A stretch of DNA of 64,000 nucleotides from a virus. The number at the start of each line of letters is the position of its first letter. Position 1 is the stretch's first letter. This document shows positions 35,649 through 44,633 of this stretch, piece after piece. The DNA is taken from positions 74,545 to 138,544 of the IMG/VR virus record IMGVR_UViG_3300045988_134731. One strand, given 5' to 3'. Made by a program: the position numbers and the translations under genes. Below the pieces are notes generated by a model, which saw only the letters and a list, made by a program, of their open reading frames with translations, was not told the DNA's origin and did not search any database.

Positions 35649-36605
35649 TTAAAAAATACTTGTCCTTATAAATAAGTCAGTATAATACTTAATTTTATTA
35701 TTTAACACAGCTTTAAAGTAAGGATATACATTATAATCTATTTTATCTACATTAAATTTAGATAATGTTGTATTGACTGATTCAATAAAAGACTGTTTCA
35801 TATCTTCATACGTGAAATCTATTAACTCAAAATCTTTTTGAAGAGACGACATACAATTATTTGATATTAAACTCTTATTAGGAATGTATGACAATGGTGA
35901 AATTTGTTCAGTTTGTTTCTTTTTAAAATATACTCTTTTATCTAAATCTTTTACATGAAATGTTATAGATTTTACACTTCGTCCTTTTTTATTTTCAGTA
36001 TATGATAATTCAAACATTCCAGTATTATTTAATTCCTTTTTAGCTCGTTGAAGAACATTTCTTTTAAAATCAGCATACAAATTATATTTGTTGTTTAACA
36101 TTAATAAATCTTTTAATTCGTCTAGTTCATATGTTATATTTTCTTTTGTATTACTCCATAATCTAAGAAGGTCATATAATCTTTGGCTATATATTGATTT
36201 TAAAGTTAAAAATATTTTCATATTAATAGGTGTATAAGCTTTGTAATTCATAAGAAGATGATAAACTTTATCAATGACAACTATTTTAAATAAATCTTCT
36301 TTTTTATTATATTCATACCCAGCTATAATACTATATTTACAGCTCCACTCACCATCTTCTCTAAAGTATATTTTTTCATCTAGCATATTATCTAATACTT
36401 TTTTAATACCTGGAACTGTTTTCTGTGTTTTATTTGAAATAAGATTTTGAAATTCTTGTTTGCTTATATAACAATATGCATTACCAGACTTAGCCTTCTG
36501 AAGTTTATACAATATGAAAATAAATATATTATTATGCATGAGAGATATGTTATATCTAGCACTAACTATTGTGTTATTTTTCATAAGTATTTGATTTTTA
36601 CTCAT
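35649..36605 (-). CDS. rep: Rep_3-family (RepB-like) plasmid replication initiator
   Basis: The N-terminus LMKNNTIVSARYNISLMHNNIFIFILYKL matches the Rep_3 signature (v.k.N.li.a.y.lsl.e.rl). Iterons lie immediately upstream. Confidence 0.65.
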   Translation of the reverse strand: MSKNQILMKNNTIVSARYNISLMHNNIFIFILYKLQKAKSGNAYCYISKQEFQNLISNKTQKTVPGIKKVLDNMLDEKIYFREDGEWSCKYSIIAGYEYNKKEDLFKIVVIDKVYHLLMNYKAYTPINMKIFLTLKSIYSQRLYDLLRLWSNTKENITYELDELKDLLMLNNKYNLYADFKRNVLQRAKKELNNTGMFELSYTENKKGRSVKSITFHVKDLDKRVYFKKKQTEQISPLSYIPNKSLISNNCMSSLQKDFELIDFTYEDMKQSFIESVNTTLSKFNVDKIDYNVYPYFKAVLNNKIKYYTDLFIRTSIF

Positions 36606-36642
36606 ATTAAAACCTCCTTAATTTCTCATAGTTATATTATAA

Positions 36643-36809
36643 CCCTTAATATCTCATATTAATAGTCCCTTATTTTAACATATTTAAATTATTATGAGTA
36701 ATTAAGGAAATAAAAATGCCCTTAAAAACACATATTTATAAACGAAATGATACTTAATTTAACATATATATCCCTTAAAAACACATATTAAAACCTTTAA
36801 AACTCATAT
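36643..36809. repeat. five 17-bp iterons (consensus CCCTTAAAAACACATAT)
   Basis: The copies start at 36643, 36667, 36719, 36772 and 36794. Those at 36719-36735 and 36772-36788 are identical. Spacings are 24, 52, 53 and 22 bp. Confidence 0.7.
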
Positions 36810-36905
36810 ATAATATGATGAATACAAGGAATATCAATAGAAGTAGCTTTCTTAAATACTATTAAATACTAAATTAAATACTATATATATTAAATAATAT
36901 AATTC

Positions 36906-36937
36906 ATAGGTAATTTTTCATTATTAGTTGTTAATTA
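36906..36937 (+). promoter_or_regulatory. class-2 promoter motif (variant -10 TGTTAATTA)
   Basis: cATAGGTAATTTTTcattattagtTGTTAATTA, with the 23-nt geometry. Confidence 0.4.
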
Positions 36938-37031
36938 TATAAATATAATTATAAAATAATACATATATTCGGAGTGTTTTTGTAATGGTATTAAAGAAGC
37001 TTAATAAAAAATCTTAAAGGACAAACATATT

Positions 37032-37063
37032 TTTGTAATTCATAGGTAATTTTTTATATAGTT
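37032..37063 (+). promoter_or_regulatory. class-2 promoter motif ATAGGTAAT-N14-TGTTAATAC
   Basis: cATAGGTAATTTTTtatatagttaTGTTAATAC, about 45 nt upstream of the ATG at 37108. Confidence 0.5.
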
Positions 37064-37107
37064 ATGTTAATACATAAATAAGAAATAAATAAAAAGGAGT
37101 TGATATT

Positions 37108-37467
37108 ATGTGGTTTAGACGTGCAAGATATTTTGGTTTATATAGCTTTTCATTATTACAAATCGTAATTTTTTCACTTATATTATTTGGAGCTTGTTAT
37201 TTCTCTTTAATTGCAGGAGATTTATTTGGTGAGGTAGGTTTTATGTTTACTCTTATAGGATTTATGTTTCTACCTATGATTATATTGATAATGATGGTAG
37301 TAATTCACGACGCTATAGTTAAAAAGAGAGAGAAAAAAATTGCTAAAGCAGAAGAAGAAATAAAAAGACAACAAGAATTAGAGGAAGAAGTAAGAGCATT
37401 TAATGATAAGATTACTGAAACATTAAAAAATAGCAAGAAAGAAAAAATAATAATAAAAGAAAAATAA
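37108..37467 (+). CDS. membrane protein with a charged coiled C-terminus
   Basis: 119 aa with two or three hydrophobic segments followed by KKREKKIAKAEEEIKRQQELEEE. AAAGGAG RBS. Confidence 0.6.
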   Translation: MWFRRARYFGLYSFSLLQIVIFSLILFGACYFSLIAGDLFGEVGFMFTLIGFMFLPMIILIMMVVIHDAIVKKREKKIAKAEEEIKRQQELEEEVRAFNDKITETLKNSKKEKIIIKEK

Positions 37468-37472
37468 AAATC

Positions 37473-37504
37473 ATAGGTGATTTTTATAACATTTATGTTA
37501 ATAC
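37473..37504 (+). promoter_or_regulatory. class-2 promoter motif ATAGGTGAT-N14-TGTTAATAC
   Basis: cATAGGTGATTTTTataacatttaTGTTAATAC, followed by the CAAGGAGGTG RBS. Confidence 0.5.
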
Positions 37505-37524
37505 ATAAACAAGGAGGTGATAAT

Positions 37525-37737
37525 ATGAAAAAATGGAACTTAGAAAGTGCCAAAAAAGATTATTGTAAAACACATCATAAAAAATATAAAAAAGAAAAAA
37601 TAGATTGTATGTATTGTGAATTTGCAGAATGGACTTATGATTGTGATGTATATTGTCCTATAAAAGAAAAGGTGATTATTTTCTTTACAAATATACATGC
37701 AAAAAGATGTAAGTATTATCAACGTAGAAATAATTAA
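37525..37737 (+). CDS. hypothetical small Cys-rich protein
   Basis: The start is set at MKKWNLES after the AAGGAGGTGA RBS. The ORF-track N-terminus overlaps the promoter motif. Confidence 0.5.
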   Translation: MKKWNLESAKKDYCKTHHKKYKKEKIDCMYCEFAEWTYDCDVYCPIKEKVIIFFTNIHAKRCKYYQRRNN

Positions 37738-37754
37738 TAAAAGGAGGTGATAAT

Positions 37755-38036
37755 ATGAAGAGAAAAATTTTAGATGTTATTGAAAGTATAGTTTTAGGTG
37801 CTGTAGCATTATTAATAAGTTTTGCTGTAGGTATTACGATATCATATATAGTGTATATCCAAATATCAAGTATTCATATATCTTGGAATATAAATTTAGA
37901 ACCTATATTTAGATATGTAATTTTATTTTTAATTAGTTTAGCAAGTATTTATGGGGCTTATGAAATAGGTAGTGATTTATTATGGGATTATAAAAGAAAA
38001 AGAAATAATAAAGATTTTGGAAAAGATAATGAATAG
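37755..38036 (+). CDS. small membrane protein
   Basis: 93 aa with two transmembrane segments. AAGGAGGTGA RBS. Confidence 0.55.
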   Translation: MKRKILDVIESIVLGAVALLISFAVGITISYIVYIQISSIHISWNINLEPIFRYVILFLISLASIYGAYEIGSDLLWDYKRKRNNKDFGKDNE

Positions 38037-38097
38037 AAAATGGATTGTATAAAAATATAAGTATTATCAAAAATAATTAATAAAAAGGGGTGGTATT

Positions 38098-38367
38098 GTG
38101 ATTAAATTTAAAAATATATTATTTAATATAGGATATGTGTTATTAGGTGTTTTAGGTTGGATAGGAATATTCATAGGTATTTATGTATCGGCTTATACAT
38201 GTCTTATTTTGTTTTATTTATTAATGAACATAAAAATTATAGAATTTATAATATTGACTACAGTTTGTGCATTTTGTTTGTTAATATCTTGGTATTTAGG
38301 AAAAGTTATAATAGATAAAATCAAATATTACATAGCTAGAAGAAAAATTAATAAAGGAGATAAATAA
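38098..38367 (+). CDS. small membrane protein
   Basis: 89 aa with two or three transmembrane segments. The GTG start follows an AAGGGGTGG RBS and the box. Confidence 0.55.
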   Translation: MIKFKNILFNIGYVLLGVLGWIGIFIGIYVSAYTCLILFYLLMNIKIIEFIILTTVCAFCLLISWYLGKVIIDKIKYYIARRKINKGDK

Positions 38368-38369
38368 TT

Positions 38370-39578
38370 ATGAAAAATCAATGTAAAATAACAGTAGTTG
38401 ATGCGCCATGTGGGTACGGTAAGACTTCATATGCGATACAATATATGAATAATGAACTATTTGAAAGATTTATGTATATAACACCGTTTTTATCTGAAAT
38501 AGATAGAGTAATTAAAACTTGTGATAACAGAGAGTTTAGAAAGCCAAGTGAAAAATTGGGAAAAGGTAGTAAAACAAACCATTTTTATGAACTTGTTAAA
38601 GAGGGTTATAATGTAATTTCAACACACTCTTTATTTAGAGGATTAAGTCAAGAAGTAATAAATGACATACGAGAAGGTGAGTATATACTCATATTAGACG
38701 AAGTATGCGATGTTGTCGAGCAAATACCAATATCTAAAAGAGATATTCAAATATTAATAAATGAAAAAATAATTGAAATAGACGAAGAAAATAAAGCCCA
38801 TTGGATAGATGATACATACGAAGGTAAATTTAGTAGTATGAAAAATCCAATTAAAAATGGAGATGTATATTTCTTTAATAATTCATTAATGCTGTGGACA
38901 TTCCCAATTAATATATTTACAGCATTCAAAGAAGTTTACATATTAACATATATGTTTAAAGGTCAAGTACAAAGATATTACTATGATTTAAATAATGTAG
39001 AATATGAATATAAATCAATAAGTAAAATTAATGACAGCTATAACTTATGTGAATATCAAGAAATCAATGGTAATAAATATAAAGACTTAATACATATATA
39101 TGAAGGTAAATTAAATGATATAGGTGATAAATCAACGGCATTATCTAAGAGTTGGTATGATAAATCTAGTAAGAAGGAATTAATGAAAAAATTGAAGAAT
39201 AGTACATACTATTATTTTAAAAGAGTTATTAAATCAAAATCAAAAGATAATATGTGGACAACATTTGAAGGCTATAAATCACAATGTAAAGGGGAAGGTT
39301 ACAGTAAAGGATTTGTTCCTTGTAACAGTAGGGCAACTAACGATTATAAAAATAAAACTAATTGTGCTTATTTAATAAATAGATTCTATATACCTACAAT
39401 TAACAATTTCTTTACTGGTAAAGGAGTCAAAATAGACGAAGATGTTTGGAGTTTATCCGAATTAATTCAATGGTTATTTAGAAGTGCAATAAGAGAAGAA
39501 AAGGAAATTAATTTATATATACCAAGTAAAAGAATGAGAAACTTATTAATTCAATGGTTGGACAGTTGTACGGATTAA
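38370..39578 (+). CDS. P-loop ATPase, SF2 helicase-like (distant paralog of 18459-19667)
   Basis: Walker A DAPCGYGKTSY and Walker B ILILDEVCD. The C-terminal LIQWLFRSAIR parallels motif VI. Confidence 0.5.
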   Translation: MKNQCKITVVDAPCGYGKTSYAIQYMNNELFERFMYITPFLSEIDRVIKTCDNREFRKPSEKLGKGSKTNHFYELVKEGYNVISTHSLFRGLSQEVINDIREGEYILILDEVCDVVEQIPISKRDIQILINEKIIEIDEENKAHWIDDTYEGKFSSMKNPIKNGDVYFFNNSLMLWTFPINIFTAFKEVYILTYMFKGQVQRYYYDLNNVEYEYKSISKINDSYNLCEYQEINGNKYKDLIHIYEGKLNDIGDKSTALSKSWYDKSSKKELMKKLKNSTYYYFKRVIKSKSKDNMWTTFEGYKSQCKGEGYSKGFVPCNSRATNDYKNKTNCAYLINRFYIPTINNFFTGKGVKIDEDVWSLSELIQWLFRSAIREEKEINLYIPSKRMRNLLIQWLDSCTD

Positions 39579-39832
39579 AACCGTACAAATCAAAAATTAC
39601 ATTTTAAAATAACATAGTTTTATCGCAACATTTTAAAGACAAAAAATTCATTTTCTTAAAAGATAAGAGAAGAGTAAAAATAATTAATAAAGAGATAACT
39701 CCCCTTATCAAAGGGGATAGAATTGTAATTATTCGTCAGAGTTTAACAAAGCCCATTAAACTCTTCCTCACACTCTTTCATTTACTCATTACATTCGTAA
39801 ACTTAGAGTGACACTAAAAATAATTTAAATTC

Positions 39833-39864
39833 ATAGGTAATTTATTATACATGAATGTTAATAT
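39833..39864 (+). promoter_or_regulatory. class-2 promoter motif ATAGGTAAT-N14-TGTTAATAT
   Basis: cATAGGTAATTTATtatacatgaaTGTTAATAT, followed by TAAGGAGGTGG and a 9-codon mini-ORF (MRAFLRAFN). Confidence 0.5.
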
Positions 39865-39987
39865 ACTAATATAAGGAGGTGGCAAAATATTCAATGAGAG
39901 CTTTTCTAAGAGCTTTTAATTAAAAATAGAATTAGTTATTCAAGAAAGAGGTAGAATGTCTTAAAATTGAATTTAGGAGGTATGAAT

Positions 39988-40230
39988 GTGAAAGTGTATA
40001 TTGTCACAGAAATATATTATAGTGAAGAAGGAGTTCATAAGGAAGTTAAATGTGTTTGTAAAGATAAGAACACAGCTAAAGATAAAATAAAAGAATATGC
40101 AAAGAAACAACTAGAGGAACAATTTGAATATGAAGATTGGGCAATAACAACGATAGAAGACGATAAATGTATTTTAGACAGTATGTACGAATCACTTGTG
40201 TTTAGAATAAATGAATGGGAGGTGATATAG
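39988..40230 (+). CDS. hypothetical small protein
   Basis: The GTG start lies 7 nt after AGGAGG (39975-39980). The ORF track starts at 39967. Confidence 0.5.
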   Translation: MKVYIVTEIYYSEEGVHKEVKCVCKDKNTAKDKIKEYAKKQLEEQFEYEDWAITTIEDDKCILDSMYESLVFRINEWEVI

Positions 40231-40231
40231 A

Positions 40232-40390
40232 ATGAGTAGAGTAGCTAATACGGACAGGGTTATAAAAATAGAAGAAAAAATTAAACAAGCAATTGAAGAA
40301 GGGAGGAATAAGGAGTATATAGAAAGATTGTTCTGGAGCTTGGAGCGTATTGAATATAAAATAGATAGAATAGATGATTATTCAAAGTAG
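40232..40390 (+). CDS. hypothetical small protein (52 aa, below the ORF-track cutoff)
   Basis: The protein is MSRVANTDRVIKIEEKIKQAIEEGRNKEYIERLFWSLERIEYKIDRIDDYSK. It is coupled to the upstream gene, with a GGGAGGTG RBS inside that gene's end. Confidence 0.45.
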   Translation: MSRVANTDRVIKIEEKIKQAIEEGRNKEYIERLFWSLERIEYKIDRIDDYSK

Positions 40391-40417
40391 AAAATAATTA
40401 ATAAAGGAGGAAATGTT

Positions 40418-41161
40418 ATGAATGTAAGATATAAATTATATCAAGGGGATTGTTTGGAGGTTATGGATGGATTAATTAGTTTAGGTGTAAAATTTGATGC
40501 AATTATAACAGACCCACCTTATGGAAAAACTGCTTGCAAATGGGATTCAGTTATACCTTTAGAGGAAATGTGGGAAAGATTAAATAAATTAATAAAAGAT
40601 AATGGTGCAACAGTATTGTTTTCAGATAATCCATTTACATCAAAATTAATAAATAGTAATATTAAAAATTATAAATATGATTGGATATGGGAAAAGGAAC
40701 AGGGCAAGAATTTTCAACATTGCAAGAGAATGCCACTAAAGAAAACTGAATATATAAATATTTTTTACAAGAAACAGCCGACATATAATCCTCAAGGATT
40801 GGTAAAATTGAAACAGCCAATAATAAAATCAAATAAAGGTAAAGGTGGTAATCTGGGTCATTTGGCAAGTGAGAAAAAAAGAAATACTTATGAACAATGG
40901 TATACCAATTATCCATCAAACGTATTAAAATTTAACGCAGATAGAGGATTGCATCCTACTCAAAAACCAGTGGCATTACTTGAATATTTAATTAAAACAT
41001 ACACAAATGAAAACGATTTGGTATTAGATTTTACAATGGGTAGTGGTAGTACAGGTGTTGCTTGTTTAAATACTAATAGAAGATTTGTAGGAATAGAATT
41101 AGATGAAAATTATTTCAATATAGCTAAGGATAGAATAGAAGAATTAGATAAAAATAATTAA
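40418..41161 (+). CDS. beta-class N6A/N4C DNA methyltransferase
   Basis: N-terminal catalytic motif ITDPPYG and C-terminal HPTQKPVALLEYLI plus the SAM-binding motif DFTMGSGSTG. Confidence 0.8.
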   Translation: MNVRYKLYQGDCLEVMDGLISLGVKFDAIITDPPYGKTACKWDSVIPLEEMWERLNKLIKDNGATVLFSDNPFTSKLINSNIKNYKYDWIWEKEQGKNFQHCKRMPLKKTEYINIFYKKQPTYNPQGLVKLKQPIIKSNKGKGGNLGHLASEKKRNTYEQWYTNYPSNVLKFNADRGLHPTQKPVALLEYLIKTYTNENDLVLDFTMGSGSTGVACLNTNRRFVGIELDENYFNIAKDRIEELDKNN

Positions 41162-41180
41162 TAAAATAGGGGTGGATAAA

Positions 41181-42359
41181 ATGGGAAGAGTATATTTCAA
41201 TAGATTTTTTAGCAAGATAGATGGAAAAGGTATTTATGATTATACAAAATTAGATACAAATATAAATGATTTAGAAGGTAGAATACAATACATATACGAT
41301 TTGTTAAATGTGATAAAAGATAAGAATGGAATAGAATTTAGTAATGATGAATTTTGGAATGAAGTATTTGTTCAACGTATTAATAAAACAAGTTATATTG
41401 ATTTAATGCCTAATTCAGAAACAGAATTATATTCTGAATCAAATATAGCAAAGACTTTAGAAGCTATAGCAAATTATATAATGTGGTGTGACCCTAATAA
41501 AAAAAAGAAAGAACATATTAAAATATATGACAATGAAAAGAAGTTTCAAGATGCTATATCTAAAGATAGAAAATATTTTGATACATATGGAGAATCGGTA
41601 GATGACGGTGTTATTATATTAAGGAGAAAAGAAAATTACAAGAAAGCTAAAGATGAAAAAGTTACAGCTGAAGATTTAAAAAATTATCCAGAGTTAAGAG
41701 AATATAAAAAAGAAATAGATAGATTGAGTTCTTACATAAGAGAAGATAGATTGGATGAGTTCATGGAATACATGCAAAACAAAGGACACACTAAGATTAA
41801 AACGGAAAGACAAGCTAAATCATTTTTAGTAAACCATATAGGAGAACTTAAAAAAGATATGTTACAAACAAAAATAGAATTGGCAAGACCTATTGTTTGG
41901 AAAGCTCCATTAAAAGATGCAGGGGAGCCCGATTGGGACGAACTTGATGAATTGGATTCTACTCATATGAAAGCTTTATTGCAATTATATAGAGAATTAG
42001 AAGTGTATGATTTTCAAAGCGATTTAGGATGTATATTTAAAGATTTAGAAGATGTACTCAATGAGGTTAAATTAACTGAAAAACAAGAAGAATTATTGAA
42101 TTTATGGATGAAAGGTATGACGGTTAGTAAAATAGCTAAAGAGTTAAATAAAAGCGTAGGTACAGTAAGTAAATATTTAGATAGAATAGTTAATAAAATA
42201 GTTGAGGTATATGAAGAAAAATTAGAAGATTGGTATTATTTAAATATAAGAAAAGGAGAATATAAACGTTGTAATAAATGTGGTGAAGTTAAATTAGTTA
42301 ATAAATTTAATAAAAATGGAAGTAAAGGAGTATTATCTATATGTAAAAAATGCCGATAA
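41181..42359 (+). CDS. sigma-region-4-like HTH regulator with a C-terminal zinc ribbon (candidate late sigma or activator)
   Basis: KQEELLNLWMKGMTVSKIAKELNKSVGTVSKYLDRIVNKI is a region 4/LuxR-type HTH. CNKCGE...CKKC lies at the C-terminus. Confidence 0.5.
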   Translation: MGRVYFNRFFSKIDGKGIYDYTKLDTNINDLEGRIQYIYDLLNVIKDKNGIEFSNDEFWNEVFVQRINKTSYIDLMPNSETELYSESNIAKTLEAIANYIMWCDPNKKKKEHIKIYDNEKKFQDAISKDRKYFDTYGESVDDGVIILRRKENYKKAKDEKVTAEDLKNYPELREYKKEIDRLSSYIREDRLDEFMEYMQNKGHTKIKTERQAKSFLVNHIGELKKDMLQTKIELARPIVWKAPLKDAGEPDWDELDELDSTHMKALLQLYRELEVYDFQSDLGCIFKDLEDVLNEVKLTEKQEELLNLWMKGMTVSKIAKELNKSVGTVSKYLDRIVNKIVEVYEEKLEDWYYLNIRKGEYKRCNKCGEVKLVNKFNKNGSKGVLSICKKCR

Positions 42360-42495
42360 AAATAATATATTTTAAAAGTGTGCAAAATATGCTACTTTTT
42401 TCCTAGTATAAATAGCGTATTTTGTGTAAGGCTAAAAAGCCTATAATATTTGTTATTTTTATTAATATTTTATAATTTATAAGGGGGTATGTTTT

Positions 42496-42801
42496 ATGGA
42501 AATAAACGTAATAAAAGAATTACAAGATGCATTAGAAGAAAGAGGTTTAAAAGTATCGCAAGCAGAGGCTAGAGAGGTACTTAAAGCATTAGAGGATACT
42601 GTAAGTTCTATATATGAACAAATAGAAGTTGATGAATCTGTTTCTCTAGGAATGTTTTTAGTGGATAAGAAAGTTAAAAAAGGTAGAGAAGGTGTAATGA
42701 AAACTAAAGAAGGAAAAGAGACACCTTTTAAAACTGAAGATAAGGAAGTTGTTAAAATTAGACTTAAAAAGTCTGTTGCTAAAAGAATACAAGGGGAATA
42801 A
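42496..42801 (+). CDS. HU/IHF-family DNA-binding protein-like
   Basis: 101 aa. A helical N-terminus (SQAEAREVLKALEDTV) is followed by SLGMFLVDKKVKKGREGVMKTKEGKETPFKTEDKEVVKIRLKKSV, arranged like the HU beta-arm. Confidence 0.5.
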   Translation: MEINVIKELQDALEERGLKVSQAEAREVLKALEDTVSSIYEQIEVDESVSLGMFLVDKKVKKGREGVMKTKEGKETPFKTEDKEVVKIRLKKSVAKRIQGE

Positions 42802-42823
42802 TTAATAAAGGGAGGAGAGTTTA

Positions 42824-43105
42824 ATGTTTAATAAATATTATATTTTCAATGAAGATATAGACAATAAATTAAAAGAGTTGGGATTTAAATTAAATAATGA
42901 TACATTAACATATGAGATGGTATGTTATGATTGTAATAGAATAATAACATATATGGTAAATGATAAGAGTGTATTGGCTTATAGAATGTATCCTACAGGT
43001 GTACGTGGTAGAATATTTAAAACAGACATATGTCGTTCTTATAATTTTGAAGAGATAAAATCATCATTAGAATATATACTTGAACAATTAATTCATAATA
43101 ATTAA
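42824..43105 (+). CDS. hypothetical protein
   Basis: 93-aa ORF with a GGGAGGAG RBS. It ends ...HNN in the box. Confidence 0.55.
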   Translation: MFNKYYIFNEDIDNKLKELGFKLNNDTLTYEMVCYDCNRIITYMVNDKSVLAYRMYPTGVRGRIFKTDICRSYNFEEIKSSLEYILEQLIHNN

Positions 43106-43123
43106 TAAAGGGAGGAAAATTCT

Positions 43124-43315
43124 ATGGTTTTTAAAGAAGGAAAAACATTAGAAATAAAGATAGGTCGTGTTATAGAAGAAGATGGAGAATATTTTATTGT
43201 AGAATTAGACAAAGATGGATATGATTTAGAAAGATTCGCAATAAACGACTTATTCGCTGATTTTGTTGGAGATAAAAACGTTAAGTTGAAAATAGAAAAT
43301 ACTGTCGAAAGATAA
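43124..43315 (+). CDS. hypothetical small protein
   Basis: 63-aa ORF with a GGGAGG RBS. Confidence 0.5.
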   Translation: MVFKEGKTLEIKIGRVIEEDGEYFIVELDKDGYDLERFAINDLFADFVGDKNVKLKIENTVER

Positions 43316-43323
43316 TTGAATAT

Positions 43324-43355
43324 GGGAGGTTTTGTACCTCCCAATTATTTTTTTG
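43324..43355 (+). terminator. rho-independent terminator
   Basis: Stem GGGAGGT/ACCTCCC (43324-43330 / 43336-43342), followed by AATTATTTTTTTG. Confidence 0.7.
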
Positions 43356-43372
43356 TTTATTTGGAGGGAATT

Positions 43373-44500
43373 ATGAATAAAAAAGGATTAATACAGGATT
43401 GTTTAAATAAACTTAATAAATTAAATGATATGTCATGGGAAGATATAAATAGAAAATATGAAACAGATTATTCAGATGACCATTTAAGAAAATTAGCATA
43501 TGGATTTAAATTATATTCTGAAACTATAGATGAAAATGATATAGATAGTAAAACATTAGCTGAAATAAAAAAGGAAAAAATAAAGTTAACTGATTTAAGA
43601 ACAGAAGTGAATAGACAATTAAGAGGACTATCTAGGATGGAAAATGTAATGAATTTAATAAGTGAAGAAATTAATAATTTAAATTCAAGAAATCCATTAT
43701 TAAATCGTTATGTTCCAAAAAAAGATTCTAGTGGGAAAGACGGAATTTTGATATTAAGTGATTTACATATTTCTATGACTGTAGAAAATTCAATAAATAA
43801 GTATAATAAAGATATAGCCATAAAAAGGTTAGATAAAATAATTAATAAAACAATAGAACATTGTATTGATAATAATATAGATAAATTACATTTAGTATTG
43901 AATGGAGATTTAATATCTGGTGAATTACATAATAGTATTAAATTATCTAATCAAGAATCTTTGGTAAAACAAATAGTAAGTGTTAGTGAAATAATATCAC
44001 AGGTAATAGAAAAATTATCAAATTATTTTTATTTAACTGTAACTCAAAACAATGGTAACCATGAAGCAGTAGAAATGATGAAAGATGATAGAAGTAATAG
44101 TAACAATTATTCTATGTTATTAAATGAAATGATTAAAATGAGAACATCGAATTTATCTAATGTTGTATTTTTAGATTCGATAAATAATGGTGAATTATCT
44201 GTAATGAATGTAAAAGGAAATACAGTTGTTTCATGCCATGGCGACCAAGTTAATTTAAATAAAGTAAGTGAAGAATTATCTATGGTTATAGGTGGTGAAA
44301 ACATAGATTTAATTTTATTAGGACATTATCACCAACCTAAAATGTTTTCACAATATAATACGGATATATATGTGAACGGAAGCTTGATTTCAACAGATGA
44401 TTATGCTATGAAGAAAAAATTATATAACAAGCCTTCTCAAACATTATTAATACTTGATGAAGATGGAGTAGTTGCAAGTTATGTAATGAAAGTTGAATAA
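43373..44500 (+). CDS. calcineurin-like metallophosphoesterase (Mre11/SbcD-type fold)
   Basis: Motifs LILSDLH, NGDLISG, NGNHE, CHGD and GHYH. The start is moved to 43373 (GGAGGG RBS) because 43316-43372 is the terminator. Confidence 0.65.
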   Translation: MNKKGLIQDCLNKLNKLNDMSWEDINRKYETDYSDDHLRKLAYGFKLYSETIDENDIDSKTLAEIKKEKIKLTDLRTEVNRQLRGLSRMENVMNLISEEINNLNSRNPLLNRYVPKKDSSGKDGILILSDLHISMTVENSINKYNKDIAIKRLDKIINKTIEHCIDNNIDKLHLVLNGDLISGELHNSIKLSNQESLVKQIVSVSEIISQVIEKLSNYFYLTVTQNNGNHEAVEMMKDDRSNSNNYSMLLNEMIKMRTSNLSNVVFLDSINNGELSVMNVKGNTVVSCHGDQVNLNKVSEELSMVIGGENIDLILLGHYHQPKMFSQYNTDIYVNGSLISTDDYAMKKKLYNKPSQTLLILDEDGVVASYVMKVE

Positions 44501-44509
44501 TTAATTAAA

Positions 44510-44540
44510 CCACTCGAATAAGAGTGGTATTTTTATTTTA
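44510..44540 (+). terminator. rho-independent terminator
   Basis: Stem CCACTC/GAGTGG (44510-44515 / 44522-44527), followed by TATTTTTATTTT. Confidence 0.7.
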
Positions 44541-44633
44541 AGGATTGAAATGATATTGATAATTATATCAGTATTTTTTGAGTCTTTAAAATAAGACTCA
44601 AAATTATGTTGAATAAAAGGAGAATGATGAAAG

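Noticed and set aside
36447-38929. Antisense or alternative-frame ORFs 36447-36662 (+), 37305-37553 (-), 37540-37722 (-) and 38747-38929 (-). The same applies to 40662-40919 (-), 43102-43344 (-), 44107-44304 (-), 44604-44786 (-), 50952-51182 (-), 53692-53928 (+), 54628-54816 (-), 57520-57729 (-), 60488-60697 (-) and 61562-61747 (-).
   Set aside because: Each lies opposite to, or out of frame with, a well-supported gene. None has an RBS. 53692-53928 is the Lys-rich alternative frame of the acidic GAA-rich scaffold segment.
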